From the NCBI GenBank assembly GCA_048499675.1, contig JASNZL010000009.1, forward strand, positions 303-64,302: a DNA stretch of 64,000 nucleotides, read 5' to 3'. The stretch is from Candidatus Zambryskiibacteriota bacterium. Lineage in GTDB: Bacteria > Patescibacteriota > Minisyncoccia > Phycocordibacterales > WO2-35-19. A program made the translations under genes and the position numbers. Every line of letters begins with the position of its first letter. The stretch's first letter is position 1. Shown piece after piece: positions 28,961 through 37,976 of this stretch. The notes under the pieces were generated by a model that worked only from the letters and a program-made list of their open reading frames with translations, was not told where the DNA came from and did not search any database.

Positions 28961-30991
28961 AATTAGATACAACTGCTTCACCTCCTCCGCCGACAACGCT
29001 CGATTATAAATCCGCACGTCGTCAATCGAGCCGTTAAAAAATCTATTTAACCCATTCCATTCAGAACCAATAGCTAAATTATTTGCATTAACTGTAATAT
29101 TACCAGTTGCAGAAATAAATTTATCTAACTGTCCATCAATATATATACTGAAACCTGTTTGGTCTATCGTGCACAAAATATGATACCACCTGTTAGTTTC
29201 AAGAGTGGCACCAGAACTATGATATCCTGCTGGACTTTTACCATATGCAAAAACTTCAATTTTCCCTGTTGGTACAATTGTTAAATAATATGTACCTTTA
29301 ATTATTACTCCCCTTCTATCCGCACCAGCCCAGGAATTTCCCTTTACCCAAGCGGACATAGTAATTTTTGTAACATCCAAATTGTCGCTATCATTTATTA
29401 TTACGTATTGATTTGTTCCATCAAACTCCAACGCCTGACCTATCTTACCAATAGTTGGTTTTGCACCAGTGATCGTTCCATTGTTCCCCTGCCCGCTCCT
29501 ATCATAAGCAGTCGTGCCCGAAATATCCTTACCATCAAAACTCCACAACCCAACCAAACCATCAGTCATTTTATTATTTTGGGAAGAGTTTATGGTCGCA
29601 CTACTCTGTTCATAAAGTTTTTGTATTTCTCCGGCTGATAAAGCTCGGTTGTAGATACGAACATCGTCTATTAGTCCGTTATAAGAGTAATCGCTATTAT
29701 GATAGTCTCTGCCAATTTTACCAAAAGTGGATATATTAACAGTTATCTGACCAGAATTTATAGGGCTATAAGCAACACCGTCAATGAATATTGTTACTGT
29801 CCCAGCATTGTAATCATACACGCCGGATACAAAATGCCATTTCCCGTCATTTACGTTCGCATTAACAAAAGCTTCATAAGCTGATGAGCCGTTACCAACC
29901 CATAAACCCACACGGTTAATATTTTTATATGTCATCAATTTTACTCCGTATAGATAGGTATTGTCTGTTGCCAAAACCGTTTGATGAGGTTTCCCAGTCG
30001 GTGGCCCGTTAGATTTCATCCATGCCGAAATAGTTTGAGAGCCTGTCAGTCCTGAATTTATTAAATTCACATCAACATAACTATTAATTCCATCAAAACT
30101 TAAAGCCTTCCCTCTCTTTCCATCCGTCCAAGTGGCGCCAATGATGGTCCCATTATTCCCATTCCCACTACTGTCTCCCGCAACTGTTCCAGCTCCTTCA
30201 TCAAACGACCAATACCCAACAAGTCCTTGATTAGAAACTGTTTTCCTTGTCGCTTGCCCGCTTGAATAAAGCCTTGCAATCTCTCCAGATGACAGCGCTC
30301 GATTATAAATCCGCACGTCGTCCAAAAATCCATCCAGTCTAAACGAATGAGTACCGAAAGTTAAATTTGCATTATTCGAAATAGATCCACTTCGACTTGA
30401 TATATTCACCGTATGCTTTAGAGTTCCATTTATGTAAAACTCCGCATCAGAACTCCTTCTATAATTCACCGTAACAAAATTCCACTCATTGTTCCCAACA
30501 TAAGTATTACCTGATGTGGTATTACAAGCAACATTACTAGAGACATCTTGGAAATGAGTACAAACTTCACCATTAAACATTCTGACAACAAAACCAGTGG
30601 TTACTGACCCATTACTACCATATTTATTAATTATACCAACATTACTTCTTGAATCATTTGTTTTGATCCAAAACGAAACTGAAAAATCTTGCGTCCCAAA
30701 GTTAAAAGAGTCTTTATTCCCAGCATTTACATACCCACTACTTCCATCAAGTTTTAATGCCTTCCCCCTTTTTCCATCTGTCCATTCTACACCTCCAACG
30801 AGTGTGCCATTATTCCCATTCCCGCTACTATCCCCCGCAACTGTTCCAACCCCTTCGTCAAAATTCCAATACCCTACCAAACCAAGGTTTGATGGGGGGC
30901 GCGCCAAAACCGCAGCAGTCGCTGTACGCGGAGTTGGTAAAGCTATAAACAGCAAACTAAATATGATTATTTTGATGAGAGCTTGTTGCAT
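28952..30991 (-). CDS. Secreted protein with three LamG/ConA-like domains
   Basis: Three GLVG(Y/L)W.FD...DDVRIYNRALS repeats; signal peptide. Confidence 0.9.
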   Translation of the reverse strand: MQQALIKIIIFSLLFIALPTPRTATAAVLARPPSNLGLVGYWNFDEGVGTVAGDSSGNGNNGTLVGGVEWTDGKRGKALKLDGSSGYVNAGNKDSFNFGTQDFSVSFWIKTNDSRSNVGIINKYGSNGSVTTGFVVRMFNGEVCTHFQDVSSNVACNTTSGNTYVGNNEWNFVTVNYRRSSDAEFYINGTLKHTVNISSRSGSISNNANLTFGTHSFRLDGFLDDVRIYNRALSSGEIARLYSSGQATRKTVSNQGLVGYWSFDEGAGTVAGDSSGNGNNGTIIGATWTDGKRGKALSFDGINSYVDVNLINSGLTGSQTISAWMKSNGPPTGKPHQTVLATDNTYLYGVKLMTYKNINRVGLWVGNGSSAYEAFVNANVNDGKWHFVSGVYDYNAGTVTIFIDGVAYSPINSGQITVNISTFGKIGRDYHNSDYSYNGLIDDVRIYNRALSAGEIQKLYEQSSATINSSQNNKMTDGLVGLWSFDGKDISGTTAYDRSGQGNNGTITGAKPTIGKIGQALEFDGTNQYVIINDSDNLDVTKITMSAWVKGNSWAGADRRGVIIKGTYYLTIVPTGKIEVFAYGKSPAGYHSSGATLETNRWYHILCTIDQTGFSIYIDGQLDKFISATGNITVNANNLAIGSEWNGLNRFFNGSIDDVRIYNRALSAEEVKQLYLIGK

Positions 30992-31171
30992 CGTAATTAA
31001 CCTAATTATACTAATTAACCTAAATAAATCCTAAACCCTAATTAGAAATTAAAAATTCAGTAAAAATTTTTCCCTATACTTCTGCATAAGTTCAGAAACA
31101 TATGAGACTCTGATTTTTGATTTTATATGTCTTTTTATCTTAAATCTTAAATCTAATTTATTAACACACTC

Positions 31172-31702
31172 CTAAAACGAAAAACTCTCCACAAACATCT
31201 TAAGCAACTCCTCTTCTCCTTCCTCGCAAGTTACTTGATACAAAACTCCTTCCTGAATAAACCAAACATCCCAAACTCTTCCCATTGTCTCGTGTTCTGA
31301 AGCAAAACTCACAGCAGAAATTTTTGCCTTTGGTAATTCTATATCCAAAAGTGATTCTATTTTTTCACCCGCCAAATCTCTCCTTACAGTATTTGAATCA
31401 ACTTTTACACTAGTATCAACTTCCGAAATATAGACTTGCATTCCCTTTCCTTCCCTCAAAACCAAAATACCCTCACCAAATCCATCTTCTACAATAGATA
31501 GGGTGTGAGAACTTGGATAATCAAAACTAAAACCAAGTGTTGAATGGACAAATACCAACATCTCGGTTTTGCCATAAACCCCTTTTGTATCTATATCCAA
31601 AATATCACCAAGACTTCTAGGACCTTTTTCACCACCACTAAAGTAAATTATTATTAGAATAACAATCACCACAAACAGTCCTGTGTAAATCACCTTTTTC
31701 AT
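31172..31702 (-). CDS. Membrane-anchored hypothetical protein (PsbP-like pattern)
   Basis: TM; GFSFDYP; C-terminal FVESFSF. Confidence 0.6.
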   Translation of the reverse strand: MKKVIYTGLFVVIVILIIIYFSGGEKGPRSLGDILDIDTKGVYGKTEMLVFVHSTLGFSFDYPSSHTLSIVEDGFGEGILVLREGKGMQVYISEVDTSVKVDSNTVRRDLAGEKIESLLDIELPKAKISAVSFASEHETMGRVWDVWFIQEGVLYQVTCEEGEEELLKMFVESFSF

Positions 31703-31775
31703 ACTTTTGTTAATTTCTTTTTTATCTCTTTAACTTTACCGTTTCAACTCTCCCCTTTTATTTTATCTTGCCCCA

Positions 31776-32200
31776 ATTCGTCCTATTTGTTTATCCACCC
31801 CATCTTCCTTTTTCCTTATCTGTCCTATTTGTCCTATGAGCCCCATCCGTCCTATTTCCCCTCTCTTTCCTCATCGGTCTTATACGTCCTATTTCCCTTC
31901 TCTGCCTTATTCGTCCTATTAGTCTTATTGGTACTATTTCCCTCCCCGCCCGCCATTCGTCCTATAAGTCCTATTTCCTCTCTCTTTTTCTTTCCCTTTT
32001 TAATTTGTCCTATCCGTCCGATTAGTCTTATTAGTCCTATTCGTCCTATTCGACCTATCGGTCCTATTTCCCTTTTATACGTCCTATTTGTCCTATCCGT
32101 CCGATTAGTCTTATTAGTCCTATTCGTCCTATTCGACCTATCGGTCCCATTTCCCTTTTATACGTCCTATTTGTCCTATCCGTCCAATAAGTCCTATTTC
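31776..32200. repeat. 9-bp repeat array 5
   Basis: Same units; internal ~39-bp duplication at ~32064 and ~32146. Confidence 0.85.
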
Positions 32201-32290
32201 CCGCCCCCCTTCCTTCCTCTTACAACAAACCCATCCATTACCTCATAGTGATAATAGATGGGTTTTAATATCATATCCTTACCAAAAGCA

Positions 32291-34618
32291 CTACTCCTCT
32301 AACGGAAGTTCTGATCTTGATTGCGGATCCACATCAATTGGAGGAGTTGCTCCAGTAAAAGGATCTCTACCCGCCCTCAAATTATCAAGAATAAGAGAAA
32401 TTTCTTCACTGTCTGGATTTGTTGTAAGCACAGTTTCAAACACTGCAATTGCTTCAGCATCTCTACCCAGTTTATCGTAAGACAAACCTAAGAAATATTT
32501 TGCGTTGGCAAAATCTGGAACTAAAACAATTGCTCTCTCAAAAGCTTGGGAAGCTCCCAAAAAATCATCCCTATTATATTTTAGAAGACCCAATTGAAAG
32601 AATAGTCCAGAATTTGACGGGTCGACAATAGTTGCAGACTCTACAGACCTAATCGCGCCTTCTATATTATTTGTAGCCACCTCTATTTGAGCCAAAGTAA
32701 AATATGCATCGCTATAATTATTTTTCATTCGGAGAGCTTCAGCAATGTAATTTTTTGCTCCTTCCAAATCATTCTCTAGTGCACTAATTCTAGAAAATGC
32801 CAAAGGAATTGCTGGGTTATTTGGCGCTCTGTTCAATGCTTCTGCGTAAGCGCTCTTTGCATTCTCCAAGGAACCCTCTATTCCACTACCACCCAAAATC
32901 TCATACACTCTTCCCAGCGCAAACCAGTTTTGAAAATCCTTATTGTTCCAATTAATAGCCTCTCTTGCTGAAAGGATGGCATCTGATATTGCGCCCTGTA
33001 TTTCGTTTCTATCTGCCTCAGAAAGTTGCTCTGGATTAGATGCCCTACTTGCTATCTCAGAAATTCTTGCAACAGACAGTTCAGCCACACCTCTCCAGTA
33101 AACATCATTTTGAGTCAAATTAATCGCGCCTAACGCATTACCCTTCTGGAACATAGAAGTAGCGACCACCCTCTCCCACACAAAATATCCTCCGGCAATC
33201 GAAGAAATGAGAAGCACCACGATTACAAAAACCGAAGCAAAATTTGCTTTTGGATTTCTGAATATATTGAATTCCATATTTTCTGCAATTCCCTGCGCCA
33301 CCAAAGTCCCCGCAAAAATACCTGTAAAGATAAATGCCAAAGCCAAAAGCGCGATACTAGGAACATAAACAAACGCCATCACCCAAATAAAGAGGGATAT
33401 AAAGAACGTTGTAGTAGAGACAAATCTATTTCTCGAATCAGAACTTGAAGAAAATATTGCTTTATACCCCGAAAGAATATACAAGCCAAAGAAAAACAAA
33501 ATTGACAATATACCCAGCAGACCGATAGTTGAGAATAAAGTAAACACAAAACTAGAACCAAAGGCAAATTCAGAAGCCCAAAACTGCGTTAAGTTTATAT
33601 CAACCGGTCTTTGCAAATCCCACAACTCTTTAAACATATTAGGACCAACACCAAACACAGGATTTACCGAGAGAGAGTCACCAACAAGACTTAAGGTGGT
33701 TAGAGTATTTGGTCTAACTTCTACCATATTAACATTAAAAATATTAGACAAATATCCAGACAAAGCCCCCCCAGAGAGAATAAACACTACAGAAAGAATC
33801 AAAACGAAGAGTGAAGGAAATGATGCTTTTTGTGTTCCCTGAGTTCCTGACTGTGAAATATTATTCTGTGACCCAACTGACCAAGCAAAAGTGTAAACAA
33901 AATATATTAGAGAAAATAAACCAATTACAACAATTGCTGGCATAAATCCAGAAGCTCCAATAAACAAAACAGCAAAAGCAAGGACTACATACATTAGATA
34001 TTTTGTTCTATTGCTCAACGTAAATGTGTTTAGAATTGATAGGAGAGCAATCACAACAACACCCAAAAATATTGTGGTATCTATCATGCCACCAACCAAA
34101 AAATTAGGGATTCTCATACCAAAACTTTCTGGCAGTGACCCTGCAAAAATTCTAAGTAAAAGGTGGAGTATAACTACAACCGAAGACAACAGAAGCGCAT
34201 ATATTGATTTAATACCAATCCGCGCTTCTCCTCTTGACGCAAATATTGCGATGAAGAACAGGAGCGATAGTATAAAGAGTGAACCAGAAGTTCCTAAATC
34301 AAAGACTACACCCGCAACAGATTTTGATATTGCACCCGAGAAAAAAGAAGATATTAGAGCAAAAAGTGGCAACAGAGCAACTGGGATTAGAAACTTTGAT
34401 TTAGGAAAAGATATTTTCCCAGTTGAAAGAGTATTCCCCAAAAATGCCCCCAGAAACACAACGATTATAGTTGCCAAAAAAGCAACTTTGACAGAATACA
34501 AAGACAAAAAGAAGCTAGGTATAAATATAAGAGGAGTTAAGAAAACTAATAATAAGAGACAGTATTCAAAGATTTTTCCAAAATCAAACTTTGAATGCAT
34601 TTGAGTATTTTCTTCCAT
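32291..34618 (-). CDS. O-antigen-ligase-like polytopic membrane protein with C-terminal TPRs
   Basis: About 12 TMs, PVFGVGPNMF, TPR repeats. Confidence 0.75.
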   Translation of the reverse strand: MEENTQMHSKFDFGKIFEYCLLLLVFLTPLIFIPSFFLSLYSVKVAFLATIIVVFLGAFLGNTLSTGKISFPKSKFLIPVALLPLFALISSFFSGAISKSVAGVVFDLGTSGSLFILSLLFFIAIFASRGEARIGIKSIYALLLSSVVVILHLLLRIFAGSLPESFGMRIPNFLVGGMIDTTIFLGVVVIALLSILNTFTLSNRTKYLMYVVLAFAVLFIGASGFMPAIVVIGLFSLIYFVYTFAWSVGSQNNISQSGTQGTQKASFPSLFVLILSVVFILSGGALSGYLSNIFNVNMVEVRPNTLTTLSLVGDSLSVNPVFGVGPNMFKELWDLQRPVDINLTQFWASEFAFGSSFVFTLFSTIGLLGILSILFFFGLYILSGYKAIFSSSSDSRNRFVSTTTFFISLFIWVMAFVYVPSIALLALAFIFTGIFAGTLVAQGIAENMEFNIFRNPKANFASVFVIVVLLISSIAGGYFVWERVVATSMFQKGNALGAINLTQNDVYWRGVAELSVARISEIASRASNPEQLSEADRNEIQGAISDAILSAREAINWNNKDFQNWFALGRVYEILGGSGIEGSLENAKSAYAEALNRAPNNPAIPLAFSRISALENDLEGAKNYIAEALRMKNNYSDAYFTLAQIEVATNNIEGAIRSVESATIVDPSNSGLFFQLGLLKYNRDDFLGASQAFERAIVLVPDFANAKYFLGLSYDKLGRDAEAIAVFETVLTTNPDSEEISLILDNLRAGRDPFTGATPPIDVDPQSRSELPLEE

Positions 34619-34772
34619 TTTTTATAAATTATTAATATTAATTCCTGTTATTATTATATCACTATTTGTATATTTATTTATCAAGTTTTCCACACATATT
34701 TACGCTTACATAATAATAAGTATTTTCATATTTATGCTAGAATTAAATTAAGATTAAAACTAAAATATATAT

Positions 34773-35288
34773 ATGAATGAAATAAGATTCAGCCAACAAA
34801 ACAAGTCTCCAGAGATACAGACGGGACCCAAAGACAGCCTGTCACAAAAAGAAAATGTTCCAACCAAAAAAAGAGGCTTTTGGGTTATGTTAAAAAAAAT
34901 ATTTTTTACTCTATTTTTTATTTTAGTTATTTTACTCATTATCTTTTTTGCTAGAGACATTACAGTTAAATTATTAACAAAAGAACCAAACAATTATTCT
35001 GCAGTATTTCTTTCAAACAATCAGGTATATTTCGGTATAATGATAAAAAATTCAAAAGACGAACTTGTTTTAAAGAATGTTTTTTATGTTCAAGCAAATG
35101 AAAGTAATGACGGTGCAGGTACCCCCATCCAAAGTATTAACCAACCAAGATTTAATTTAGTAAAACTCGGCAATGAAATTCATGGGCCAACCGACAGTAT
35201 GCATATAAACAAATCTCACATAATGTTCTACGAAGACTTAAGAGAAGACAGTGTAGTGGTCCAAGCAATTAGAAACTACAAAGAATAA
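34773..35288 (+). CDS. Conserved hypothetical membrane-anchored protein
   Basis: TM; AVFLSNNQVYFG...LVKLGNEIHGP..M.IN..HI.FYE.L..DS.V. Confidence 0.75.
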   Translation: MNEIRFSQQNKSPEIQTGPKDSLSQKENVPTKKRGFWVMLKKIFFTLFFILVILLIIFFARDITVKLLTKEPNNYSAVFLSNNQVYFGIMIKNSKDELVLKNVFYVQANESNDGAGTPIQSINQPRFNLVKLGNEIHGPTDSMHINKSHIMFYEDLREDSVVVQAIRNYKE

Positions 35289-35293
35289 AACTT

Positions 35294-35455
35294 ATTAGTT
35301 CCATTCGTCTTTATTTGTCCTATTTTCTCTTTTCCTTCCTCCTATTTCACTTTTCTGTTTCTTAATCAGACCTATTCCCCCTTTTTTCATCCGTCTTATT
35401 CGTCCAATAAGTCCTATTTTTTGCTCGTCCTATTGGTCCATTTAGTCCTATTACC
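35294..35455. repeat. 9-bp repeat array 6 (more degenerate)
   Basis: tcgtcttat, aagtcctat, tcgtcctat, tagtcctat units. Confidence 0.7.
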
Positions 35456-37798
35456 TTATCTGAATTTCACTCCCCCTCTCACATTCACCGGCTTCGCCGG
35501 CGCACCTCCACTACCTGTCTCCCTATTCAAAGACTCAAGCCCCCCATATCCATAAAACGAACTCGGACTATTTTGGTTGTTGTATTCAGTCATCACCCAG
35601 TCACTACTTCTAACTCCTGCATACACCCTCATATTATCTATCCTTCCATTAAAAGTTCTTGCACCTCCAGTTCTATTCCCAATAAAAGCTGTATCAGGAG
35701 CATCAGAAACAATTGCCGTCACCCCATCCGTACCAGATGAATAAGCCGCCTCTACTCCATCAACATATATTTTTAATCCTGTGGCGCTCAGCGAACCATC
35801 CCACGTACCCACAACATAAGCCCACGAATTTCTAGTATAAATATCATTAACTGTTTCTCTAACAGGACGCCCAGCAGACCCAGATGAGTTAAAACCAAAA
35901 CCTATTCTATTTTGTGGATTTGGGTTATCTACAGTCAATATTCTTGGACCATCTGAGCTTCCTGATGGTGTTTTGCTGTAAATAAAGCCGAAACCATTTT
36001 GTCCAGCCCCAACAACATATATCCAAGAACTCATTGTTTGTGATCCAACGTCATCCAACGAAGAAGCAGAGCCGACATTAATTGAAGAAGTGCTTCCATT
36101 AAACGAACCCGCTCCATCAATTTTACCTGCAACAGCAGTAACATTAGAAGCAGTGCCATTATTAGCATTTGATGTAGAATCATTAGAATTTAAAGTCGTC
36201 CCATCTTTTAAATGCCAAGCTCCTCTATAACCCGTCCATACATTTGCAATATCTTGCTGGTCACTCGCCCCCGAATTCCCGAAGTACATATATATAGGTG
36301 TCTCCGAATTGTATGAAAGAGTCGGTATCTTCACCCAAGCAACTAGCTCTCCTGTAGAAGATACATATCTTTCAATCTCGTGACTTAGTTTGGTTGTCCC
36401 ATCACTTGAGGTAAATAATATATCTGTCCCGTCTGTCTTGCCCACCTTTCCACCACTTCCAGTGTGTCTCAAATCGCTGTCTGTGACAGATACGAGCATT
36501 GGGAAATCTGTTAGGTTTGATGAGCCAGAGACTTTGGTATTGTCTACGGTGATTAGTTTTCGGTGAGTCCATGTGCCTCCGGTCGAGTACCAACCATAAC
36601 TTATGTCTTTATTCCTCACTAAAACATTTGGGACAGTGTCAATTGGAGGCTCTTCCTCAGAAGAAAAAGTATAAAAAGTACTTGGACTATTCATATTGTT
36701 ATATTCAGTCGCTATCCAATCAGCTCCTAAAACATTTGTAGACAATCTCACTTCGTCTATTCCATCATCCCAAGGGTTTGTGGTTGCATTTGTCCTATCA
36801 CCAATTGCAAAATTGTTTGTGTTAGTTGGAATAGCGCTAGTAAAAGCACAAGTGCCAGCTTGTGAACCATCTGTATACAATCTAATATTAGAACCATCAT
36901 AAGTAACTGAAAATTGAGTCCATTTATTATGCATAAAATTTAAACCACCAACTCCTCCATAAACAGAACAACTGGCACCAGTAGTAAAACTCGTTTGAAT
37001 CAATTGTGAAGCGTGGTTAACAATTAAACCATACGTCCAAATAGATGAAGTTTTTCCTAATATATTACCAGAGTTTGTTCCTCCATCATCATATACCCAA
37101 GCTTGCATCGTTATACTATAACCTCCAATACTCAACGCTGCTTCGTGGTTTCTATATAGCCTGTCATCTGTTCCATCAAAATCTATAGCTCCAGCAATCT
37201 TGCCAGCAATCAAATCTCCCGTTGTCATAGAACCATTACTTGTAAGATGTAGAGCATTCGGTCCAGAATCAAGCATTTGAGGTGCAGAGCCAGAAGGGTC
37301 TTGGTTTAAGTGCCACACCCCAACATAATTACTCCAGACAGAGGTAATGTTCTGCTGATCACTCGCTCCCGAATTACCATAATAAATATATATCTCAGTA
37401 TCGGTGTTGTATGAGAGTGTTGGTATCTTCACCCAAGCAACTAGCTCTCCTGTGGTTGATACATATCTTTCAATCTCGTGACTTAGTTTGGTTGTCCCAT
37501 CACTTGAGGTAAATAATATATCTGTCCCGTCTGTCTTGCCCACCTTTCCACCACTTCCAGTGTGTCTCAAATCGCTGTCTGTGACAGATACGAGCATTGG
37601 GAAATCAGTCAGGTTTGATGAGCCAGAGACTTTGGTATTGTCTACGGTGATTAGTTTTCTGTTTGTCCAAGTGCCTCCGGTCGAGTACCAAGCACCCTCA
37701 GCCTCTCTCGTACTAAACAAATCCGTAAACACAATAACCGAAAGCAAAGTTCCCAGAAGTATCGTGATTATTATTATTTTTTTAAAATTTCTTTTCAT
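35456..37798 (-). CDS. Surface protein with two DUF2341 + LamG modules
   Basis: Repeated WY...RK.IT.D...LTDFPMLV...DILFTSSDGTTKLSHEIE...AWVKIP. Confidence 0.85.
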   Translation of the reverse strand: MKRNFKKIIIITILLGTLLSVIVFTDLFSTREAEGAWYSTGGTWTNRKLITVDNTKVSGSSNLTDFPMLVSVTDSDLRHTGSGGKVGKTDGTDILFTSSDGTTKLSHEIERYVSTTGELVAWVKIPTLSYNTDTEIYIYYGNSGASDQQNITSVWSNYVGVWHLNQDPSGSAPQMLDSGPNALHLTSNGSMTTGDLIAGKIAGAIDFDGTDDRLYRNHEAALSIGGYSITMQAWVYDDGGTNSGNILGKTSSIWTYGLIVNHASQLIQTSFTTGASCSVYGGVGGLNFMHNKWTQFSVTYDGSNIRLYTDGSQAGTCAFTSAIPTNTNNFAIGDRTNATTNPWDDGIDEVRLSTNVLGADWIATEYNNMNSPSTFYTFSSEEEPPIDTVPNVLVRNKDISYGWYSTGGTWTHRKLITVDNTKVSGSSNLTDFPMLVSVTDSDLRHTGSGGKVGKTDGTDILFTSSDGTTKLSHEIERYVSSTGELVAWVKIPTLSYNSETPIYMYFGNSGASDQQDIANVWTGYRGAWHLKDGTTLNSNDSTSNANNGTASNVTAVAGKIDGAGSFNGSTSSINVGSASSLDDVGSQTMSSWIYVVGAGQNGFGFIYSKTPSGSSDGPRILTVDNPNPQNRIGFGFNSSGSAGRPVRETVNDIYTRNSWAYVVGTWDGSLSATGLKIYVDGVEAAYSSGTDGVTAIVSDAPDTAFIGNRTGGARTFNGRIDNMRVYAGVRSSDWVMTEYNNQNSPSSFYGYGGLESLNRETGSGGAPAKPVNVRGGVKFR

Positions 37799-37819
37799 TT
37801 TCTTTTTTTAATTGACCCT

Positions 37820-37976
37820 TTCTGACTTATACGTCCTACTTGGTCTTATTCGTCTTATTGGTCCTATTTGACCTATCCGACTTATTCGACCCATCGGACC
37901 CATTCGTCTTATTGGTCCTATTTGACCTATCCGACTTATTCGACCCATCGGACCCATTCGTCCTATCGGTCCTATG
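37820..37976. repeat. 9-bp repeat array 7 with a perfect 54-bp tandem duplication
   Basis: 37850..37903 equals 37904..37957. Confidence 0.85.

Noticed and set aside
23051-37976. 9-mer arrays as CRISPR arrays
   Set aside because: No constant 23-47 bp repeat with unique, equal-length spacers; modules are reused; no cas genes in the window.
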